Assembly (NCBI GenBank): GCA_947084835.1
Contig: CAMTUB010000028.1
Location: 26,227 to 90,226 of the forward strand
From: an uncultured Bacteroidota bacterium
GTDB taxonomy: Bacteria; Bacteroidota; Bacteroidia; UBA7662; CAMTUB01
Direction: 5' to 3'
DNA length: 64,000 bases
Below are positions 57,401-64,000 of the stretch, piece after piece; position 1 is the first letter of the stretch, and each line of letters opens with the position of its first letter. The notes beneath the pieces were generated by a model. It was not told the origin of the DNA. It did no database searches and saw nothing but the letters and a program-made list of their open reading frames with translations. Both the position numbers and the translations under genes were made by a program.

Positions 57401-59419
57401 TTATTTATCCATTTTTGCTATCAATGCTTTCCATTCATCACGTAATCGTGCTGCTTCGATAAAATCTAAGTTTTTAGCTGCTTTTTCCATATTCTTTTTC
57501 GTTTCTGTAGCAAGTTTTTCTAAATCTGTCATGGATAAATAATCCAATAATGGGTCAGCTGCAACGGTTTGAGATTCAATATCTGAGTAAGCGTAGCCTT
57601 CATCCGAGTTTCTGATATCTAAAACTCCCGCTTGTTTAATTATCTCTTCGCGGGTTTTGGTTATCGTTTTTGGTACAATTCCATGCTTTAAGTTGAAAGC
57701 AATTTGTTTTTCGCGTTTGCGCAGGGTGTCGTCAATGGTTTTTTGCATGCTGTTGGTGGTTTTGTCTGCATACATTATTACTAAACCGTTCGAATTTCGG
57801 GCTGCTCTACCCGCTGTTTGAGTTAATGACCGCTGATTTCTTAAAAAGCCTTCTTTATCGGCATCCAAAATAGCTACGAGTGTTACTTCAGGTAAATCTA
57901 GCCCTTCTCGTAATAAATTTACACCAATTAATACGTCAAAAACACCCAATCTAAGGTCTCGTAAAATTTCAACTCGTTCTAAGGTATCAACCTCAGAATG
58001 AATATACCGGCATCTTACTCCCAACTCGCCCATATATCGGTTTAGCTCTTCGGCCATTCTTTTGGTAAGGGTAGTTACCAAAACGCGTTCGCTTTTTTGC
58101 ACACGAATATCAATTTCGTGCAACAAATCGTCAACTTGCGTACCAACAGGCCTTACCTCGATTGGCGGATCTAACAACCCCGTTGGACGAATAATTTGCT
58201 CAACTACAACACCTTCGGTTAATGCCATTTCATAGTCGGCTGGAGTTGCGCTCACAAAAATGATTTGATTGGTAAGCTGTTCAAACTCTTCGAATTTTAG
58301 TGGTCGATTATCTAAAGCAGAAGGCAATCGAAAACCAAACTCTACAAGTGCATGTTTTCGGCTTCTATCTCCGCCATACATGGCTCTAATTTGTGGCATG
58401 AATACGTGGCTTTCATCCACCACAAGCACAAAATCTTTCGGGAAATAATCTAACAAGCAGAAAGGCCTGTCGCCTTGGTTTCGTTGATCTAGGTATCTAG
58501 AATAGTTCTCGATACCCGAACAATATCCCAATTCACGCATCATTTCTAAATCCAAAGTAACCCGTTCTTCTAGCCTTTTGGCTTCTAAGTGTTTTCCGAT
58601 CGATCTAAAATAATCTATTTGCAACATCATGTCTTGTTGGATTTGCCAAATTGCTTCTTGTAATCTTTCTTTTCCTGTAACGTAGTTATTTGCTGGAAAA
58701 ACGGCTGCTGTTTGCAATTTTTCTAGTGTAATTCCAGAAATTGGATCGATATAACTTAAGGCTTCAACTTCATCGCCAAAAAACTCGATGCGCAATGCAT
58801 AATCTGCATGAGCGAGGTAAACATCAACCACATCGCCATTTACGCGAAAGCTTCCGCGGTTAAAATCGGCTGTTGTTCTGCCGTATAAATTATCAACCAA
58901 CGCAAAAAGTAGCGCATTGCGCTGAACAGAATCGCCTACGGATATTCGAATAATTTTATCGGTATAATCGGCAGGATTTCCCATACCATAAATGCAAGAA
59001 ACTGATGCAACCACAATAATATCTCTTCGGCCGCTCATTAAAGAACTGGTAGTTCTTAATCGCAGTTTTTCGATTTGATCGTTAATGGCTAAGTCTTTTT
59101 CAATGTATGTATTGGTGCTTGCGATATACGCTTCTGGTTGATAATAATCGTAGTACGATACAAAATACTCTACTGCATTTTCAGGGAAAAACTGCTTGAA
59201 TTCACCATACAATTGTGCTACCAACGTTTTATTGTGTGTTAGCACTAAAATTGGGCGATCAATTTGTTGAATAACATTTGCGACAGTAAACGTTTTTCCA
59301 GAGCCAGTAACCCCTAAAAGCACTTGCGCCCTATCGCCATTATTGATCCCAGAAACGAGGCTTTCAATGGCTGTAGGCTGATCGCCCATAGGGCTATAAG
59401 TAGAAGTTAATTTAAACAT
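57401..59419 (-). CDS. uvrB: excinuclease ABC subunit B
   Basis: GVTGSGKTFT Walker A, VVDESHV, beta-hairpin region YYDYYQPEAY, QTAGRAARN, C-terminal UVR domain (FIEAARLRDE). Confidence 0.95.
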   Translation of the reverse strand: MFKLTSTYSPMGDQPTAIESLVSGINNGDRAQVLLGVTGSGKTFTVANVIQQIDRPILVLTHNKTLVAQLYGEFKQFFPENAVEYFVSYYDYYQPEAYIASTNTYIEKDLAINDQIEKLRLRTTSSLMSGRRDIIVVASVSCIYGMGNPADYTDKIIRISVGDSVQRNALLFALVDNLYGRTTADFNRGSFRVNGDVVDVYLAHADYALRIEFFGDEVEALSYIDPISGITLEKLQTAAVFPANNYVTGKERLQEAIWQIQQDMMLQIDYFRSIGKHLEAKRLEERVTLDLEMMRELGYCSGIENYSRYLDQRNQGDRPFCLLDYFPKDFVLVVDESHVFMPQIRAMYGGDRSRKHALVEFGFRLPSALDNRPLKFEEFEQLTNQIIFVSATPADYEMALTEGVVVEQIIRPTGLLDPPIEVRPVGTQVDDLLHEIDIRVQKSERVLVTTLTKRMAEELNRYMGELGVRCRYIHSEVDTLERVEILRDLRLGVFDVLIGVNLLREGLDLPEVTLVAILDADKEGFLRNQRSLTQTAGRAARNSNGLVIMYADKTTNSMQKTIDDTLRKREKQIAFNLKHGIVPKTITKTREEIIKQAGVLDIRNSDEGYAYSDIESQTVAADPLLDYLSMTDLEKLATETKKNMEKAAKNLDFIEAARLRDEWKALIAKMDK

Positions 59420-59571
59420 TAATAAAACTAAAATGTGGCTAAATAGAGAGAATAGCGCAATAAAAAATACTCAATAATGAACTCCTATCGAATAATTATA
59501 CAAATTTAGTATAACTACTTCCGATTCTTTAGAAAATAGATATTAAATTCGGACATTAATGTTGTATAGTT

Positions 59572-60837
59572 GTGATTAAGAACCTTTTAATAATATTGCT
59601 TGTGGCGATTGGTATTTCAACGAAAGCCCAAGAAAAACAAATTTGGATTCAGGGTGCCAAATTACATATTGGCGATGGTACCGTAATTGAAAGTGGTTTG
59701 ATTGGGTTTCAAAATGGAATTATCAATTACATAGGCACTGGGGCTGAAATCAGACTTAACCGCACAACTTCTACCATCATTGACGGCTCTGGAAAACAAA
59801 TTTATCCAGGGTTTATTGCCTTAAACACCATAGTCGGTTTAAATGAAATTGATGCCGTAAGAGCAACGAGAGACTATAACGAAACCGGAGAAATGAATCC
59901 AAATATCCGATCGATGGTGGCATTCAACACAGATTCAAAAATATTGCCTACGTTGAGGCATAATGGCGTTCATTATGTACAATCTATCCCACAGGGAGGA
60001 ACAATTTCTGGCACATCCTCAACATTTAGCACGAGCGGTTGGAATTGGGAAGATGCCGTGGTGAAAAAATCAGATGGGATGCATATCGATTGGCCATCTA
60101 TGCAAGTACATGAAGCGCCTTGGATGCCAACAGCAGAAGAACAGCGCAAAAGAACTGAAAAAGTTTTGGTAGATATTTCAGATTTTTTTGAGGCTGCAAA
60201 AGCGTATTGCTCTTCTAAAACAGCAAAAATCAACCTGAAATTTGAAGCTATGCGTCCGCTTTTAGATGGAAATATTCCTTTATTTATTCATGTAGATGAA
60301 GCTAAAGGAATAATTATGTCGCTAGAGCTTTGCAAAAAATTTAAGCTAAAGCCGGTAATTGTTGGCGGAGCAGAATCTTATGCCGTGGTTTCTATTTTAA
60401 AAGAAAGAAATGTGCCTGTAATTTTAGAAAGAACCCATAGGCTGCCATCAACACAAAGCGAGGCGGTAGATTTACCATACAAACTACCGAGTTTGCTCAC
60501 CAAAGCAGGAATATTAGTTGCTGTTACCGCTGATCGCAAAGCTTGGGAACAACGAAATCTATGCTTCAATGCTGGAACTGCAGCAGCGTATGGTTTAACT
60601 AAAGAGGAGGCTTTGCAGTTAATTAGTTTAAACCCGGCAAAAATATTAGGATTAAATGCAGAACTTGGCACATTAGCTGTAAACAAAAAAGCGAGTATTT
60701 CTGTTGCTAATGGCGACTTATTGGATATGAAAACATCTGTTATAGAAACATTTTACCTTGATGGAGTTAGTGTTGACTTTAACGGACATCAACAAGAATT
60801 GAATAAAAAATATAAAAATAAATACGGTTTAAAATAA
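59572..60837 (+). CDS. secreted amidohydrolase-family protein
   Basis: Signal peptide MIKNLLIILLVAIGISTKAQ (GTG start). IYPGFIALNT near the N-terminus and a C-terminal composite-domain pattern typical of metal-dependent amidohydrolases. Confidence 0.6.
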   Translation: MIKNLLIILLVAIGISTKAQEKQIWIQGAKLHIGDGTVIESGLIGFQNGIINYIGTGAEIRLNRTTSTIIDGSGKQIYPGFIALNTIVGLNEIDAVRATRDYNETGEMNPNIRSMVAFNTDSKILPTLRHNGVHYVQSIPQGGTISGTSSTFSTSGWNWEDAVVKKSDGMHIDWPSMQVHEAPWMPTAEEQRKRTEKVLVDISDFFEAAKAYCSSKTAKINLKFEAMRPLLDGNIPLFIHVDEAKGIIMSLELCKKFKLKPVIVGGAESYAVVSILKERNVPVILERTHRLPSTQSEAVDLPYKLPSLLTKAGILVAVTADRKAWEQRNLCFNAGTAAAYGLTKEEALQLISLNPAKILGLNAELGTLAVNKKASISVANGDLLDMKTSVIETFYLDGVSVDFNGHQQELNKKYKNKYGLK

Positions 60838-60842
60838 AAAAA

Positions 60843-63761
60843 ATGGATTCTATCGAAAAAAATAAATTAACGGATGAACAGTTTTATGTAAATAAATTAA
60901 TTCGATTTATATCGTTAATAACTTTTTCTGTTTCAGCTTTATGCATTGTTTTTTTTGATTTTTTTCCTCCTGTAAATTACAAGTATATACTTTATCTAAC
61001 CACATTGGGGAGTTTGATAACTCCAATTCTGTTAACATATTCTTACTATAAACTTGCAAGAGTAGTAAGCATCATTTCTGGAAATATACTTACTACTTTC
61101 ATTTGCAGTTTATTAGGCACTTTTTCGTTTGTAGAGACCCTGTATGTAACATGGATAGTCTATTCATTTGTTATTTTTCATAGAAGTTTCCCAAAATATG
61201 TAGTAGCATCCATTTTAGTATCATTGATATGTTTTTACATTTTAATAATCACTGATTATACAGTATTTGTTGCTGAGCATGTTGATTTAAAAAATAAATT
61301 AGAAATTAATATTACTTTAATTATCGCATCTATATTGTTCATTTACGAGCTTTTACGATACGAAAATAAATTTAAAGACTTAGCAAAAGAAAAGCTATTA
61401 GCAAATATCCAAGCTATCGAAAAAGCTAATTTGCATTTAATTAATAAAGAAAAAAAATTAGCGAATATTTTTAACACCATTCCAACAACAATTCTAATTA
61501 CCGATATCAAAAACAACATCATTATTTATTCGAATTTGCATGCAAAATCTTTTTTAGGATTAAATCTAGATACATTATTAAATAGTCCTATTGACTTTAA
61601 TAGTATTTTTGTTTCAGAAAATGATAAAATAGATTTATCTGAAAGTTTATTAAAGGGCAATGATCTACAAAATTTTGAAATACAACTTAAAGAAAAAAAT
61701 AATACAATATTTTGGGCCTCAATCAATAGCTCTCACATATTAATTGATGATGTAAAATATAATTTATTGTTAATTGAAGACATTACGCTAAAAAAAGAAG
61801 AAACCTCTCAACTAATTAAAAATAAACAATTATTTAGTGCTGTTTTTCACAAGTCGGCTGATGCTTTATTTATTGTTAATTCTGAAACATTTGAGATTGT
61901 AAATTCGAATAAGCGTGCAGAAGAATTGTTTAAATCAGCAGATTTAAGGTATTTTGATACGAAGACAATTTGGGATTTATTTAACAGTTCTCCAACAGCA
62001 GAATTTAAATATAAAATAGATAGCATTTGCTCTAACAACAATACATTCACCAGCGAGTTTACTTTCAGCAAGTCAAACCAAGACCATTTTTGGGGTTTAT
62101 TTTCATGCAAAAAATTCGACTATGGAAATGAACGCTTAGTCCTTGTTCGGATTACAGACATTTCGAATTTAAAAAACATACAAGAAACCCTTGAGGATAC
62201 CAATGAAAGGCTAAGCCTTGCTCTTTCAACTGGAAATATTGGGATTTGGGAAATGAATTTAAAAACATTAGATCTTCTATGGAACGATCAAATGTATCAT
62301 ATTTTTGAAATTGAAGAAGGAGTAGAGCCTCACTCTTTTGAACATTTCATCAAGTTTGTTCATCCTGATGATCGCGAAAAGTTAATAGCTAATTTAGATG
62401 TTTATAATATTAATTATGACATAATCAAAAGCCACAAACTTAGAATAGTAACCCCTTCGGGTAAACTAAAATACATACAAACTAGTGCAAAATTATTTTA
62501 TGACAAAAATGGAATTCCGTATAGAATTATTGGAACAAGCAAAGATATTACGCAACGTGTAAATGAAGAAAAGCTTTTAATTTCTGCAAAAAACAAGGCA
62601 GAGCAGGCATCACAATCAAAAGCTCAATTTTTATCAATCATGAGCCATGAATTGCGCACTCCTTTAAACGGTGTAATTGGCCTTACTCGTTTATTAAAAG
62701 AAGAAGATCCAAAACCAGAGCAACTTGAGAACATCAATATTTTAGAGTTTTCTGCGAATCAATTGCTTGCATTAATCAATAATATTTTAGATTTCTCGAA
62801 AATTGAAGCTAATAAAATTGAGCTAGAATTAATACCGTTTTGTTTAATTGAATTATTAACAAACATCGAAAGTCAATTCAAATTTAAAACGAAAGAAAAG
62901 AATCTGTTTTTTGAATTAATTTATCCTGAAAAAAAAGTAAATCTGATTGGCGATCCACACCGTATTACGCAAATTATTACCAACCTTGTTGGCAATGCCA
63001 TAAAATTTACTCCCAATGGCGGCATTACTGTTAATTGCAATTTAAACGAATTAAATGACTTGGATTATTCGCTTAATATTGAAATTATTGATACCGGTAT
63101 TGGAATAGAAAAAGACAAAATACCACACATTTTCAATCCTTTCTCGCAAGCAAATTCTAATATTTCAAGACTTTACGGTGGTTCTGGATTAGGATTGGCA
63201 ATCACAAAAAAACTTGTTGACTTGCTCAACGGCACAATTTATATAAAAAGCGATCTTGGCATTGGAACTACGTTTTATTTAGAAATTCCATTGAAAGCTC
63301 AGCTCGAAGAAAACCCTAAAACACCAGAAATCATTAACTCAAATGCTTCAGATAAAGAAATTGACCTTTCTGATTTGCGGGTTTTAGTGGTTGAGGATAA
63401 CGATATAAACATTTTAGTAACGGGAAAAATGTTAAAAAAATGGAATGTCAAGTACCATATTGCTAAAAACGGTAAAGAGGCTGTAATTTTAACACAAGCC
63501 AATGGCTATGATTTAATTTTAATGGACCTTCATATGCCCGAAATGAATGGTTTTGAAGCATGCACCGAAATTAGAAAATCAGATAAATCAATCCCAATTT
63601 TTGCTTTAACTGCTGATGCTTTTACAGAAGTTCGCCAAAAAGCATTAAAAACAGGCTTTAACGGATATATCACAAAACCATATAAAATTGACGAGCTTTA
63701 TAGCTCAATTATATATGCTTATCAATTAAAAAACAAAAAATCAACTCAGCCACTCTTCTAA
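60843..63761 (+). CDS. hybrid sensor histidine kinase/response regulator (multi-TM N-terminus, PAS repeats, HisKA, HATPase_c, REC)
   Basis: H-box SHELRTPLNGVIG, N-box TNLVGNAIKFT, G-boxes DTGIGI / GSGLGL. Receiver VLVVEDNDINI, LILMDLHMPEMNG, ITKP. Confidence 0.9.
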   Translation: MDSIEKNKLTDEQFYVNKLIRFISLITFSVSALCIVFFDFFPPVNYKYILYLTTLGSLITPILLTYSYYKLARVVSIISGNILTTFICSLLGTFSFVETLYVTWIVYSFVIFHRSFPKYVVASILVSLICFYILIITDYTVFVAEHVDLKNKLEINITLIIASILFIYELLRYENKFKDLAKEKLLANIQAIEKANLHLINKEKKLANIFNTIPTTILITDIKNNIIIYSNLHAKSFLGLNLDTLLNSPIDFNSIFVSENDKIDLSESLLKGNDLQNFEIQLKEKNNTIFWASINSSHILIDDVKYNLLLIEDITLKKEETSQLIKNKQLFSAVFHKSADALFIVNSETFEIVNSNKRAEELFKSADLRYFDTKTIWDLFNSSPTAEFKYKIDSICSNNNTFTSEFTFSKSNQDHFWGLFSCKKFDYGNERLVLVRITDISNLKNIQETLEDTNERLSLALSTGNIGIWEMNLKTLDLLWNDQMYHIFEIEEGVEPHSFEHFIKFVHPDDREKLIANLDVYNINYDIIKSHKLRIVTPSGKLKYIQTSAKLFYDKNGIPYRIIGTSKDITQRVNEEKLLISAKNKAEQASQSKAQFLSIMSHELRTPLNGVIGLTRLLKEEDPKPEQLENINILEFSANQLLALINNILDFSKIEANKIELELIPFCLIELLTNIESQFKFKTKEKNLFFELIYPEKKVNLIGDPHRITQIITNLVGNAIKFTPNGGITVNCNLNELNDLDYSLNIEIIDTGIGIEKDKIPHIFNPFSQANSNISRLYGGSGLGLAITKKLVDLLNGTIYIKSDLGIGTTFYLEIPLKAQLEENPKTPEIINSNASDKEIDLSDLRVLVVEDNDINILVTGKMLKKWNVKYHIAKNGKEAVILTQANGYDLILMDLHMPEMNGFEACTEIRKSDKSIPIFALTADAFTEVRQKALKTGFNGYITKPYKIDELYSSIIYAYQLKNKKSTQPLF

Positions 63762-64000
63762 TTTCAAACCTCTAGATCCTTTAATTAATATAATTGAATC
63801 GTTAAAATCACCGATGGTAATTTGATTTTTTAACTCTTGTACAGTTTCTGTAAAAAGCCAATTTTGCATCTCAGAAAAATTGTTTTTGACTTTTAAAAAT
63901 TCTGGGCCAATAAAGTATGCATGGCTAATTCCTGCAACTTTAAGTTGAGTTAAAATATCACTATGCTCATCAAAACTAAAATCACCTAGCTCAAGCATAT
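63741..64000 (-). CDS. murF: UDP-N-acetylmuramoyl-tripeptide--D-alanyl-D-alanine ligase, 3' end only (gene continues beyond the window)
   Basis: MLELGD..H internal motif and C-terminal ILIKGSRGLKLEE. The frame is open to the window edge. Confidence 0.7.
   Translation of the reverse strand, partial: MLELGDFSFDEHSDILTQLKVAGISHAYFIGPEFLKVKNNFSEMQNWLFTETVQELKNQITIGDFNDSIILIKGSRGLKLEEWLS

Noticed and set aside
56517-59419. Prophage or genomic island around the HNH gene.
   Set aside because: It is a single gene with homing-endonuclease domains. There is no integrase, no phage structural or replication genes, and no tRNA or att-like repeats. The neighbours are ordinary chromosomal genes.

Overview
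This is a gene-dense, visibly AT-rich chromosomal segment, almost certainly from a member of the Bacteroidota. Evidence for the phylum: T9SS type-A and type-B C-terminal sorting domains, a GldH gliding lipoprotein, SprB-type repeats, many TAnnTTTG -7 promoter boxes, and no obvious Shine-Dalgarno sequences.

About 60 CDS on both strands are mostly housekeeping:
- DNA repair and replication: mfd, recF, recO, uvrB.
- Nucleotide and cofactor metabolism: upp, ahcY, ribH, nadD, gmk, menB.
- Other core functions: pdhA, yicC-family, gmd-fcl, hutG-like, 3' end of murF.
- RNA modification: rlmD, plus RluB-type and RluA-type pseudouridine synthases.
- Two hybrid sensor kinases sit at the two ends of the window.

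I found no rRNA, tRNA, CRISPR array, integrase, transposase or recognisable defence island.

The less ordinary loci are:
1. A three-gene secreted-protein operon (11418-16358) in which PKD-like and SprB-type repeat proteins lack any T9SS sorting domain. The small middle gene carries a type-B sorting domain. The operon sits behind the largest non-coding gap in the window, a 446-nt AT-rich region.
2. Five near-identical in-frame 120-bp tandem repeats that build a long basic N-terminal extension on the RluB-type synthase.
3. A decaying signalling locus: a CheB C-terminal relic followed by a REC-histidine kinase split at an A7 tract. A second homopolymer frameshift splits an AlkD-like gene.
4. An MBOAT plus two SGNH-hydrolase glycan O-acetylation-like cluster.
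5. An orphan membrane-anchored radical SAM/SPASM gene translationally coupled to rluA.
6. A free-standing NUMOD4/HNH homing-endonuclease-like gene next to uvrB.

I cannot demonstrate a clear-cut new biological system from sequence alone. The secreted-protein operon is the best candidate and is flagged as hypothesis only. All product calls rest on motifs read from the supplied translations; no database search was run.
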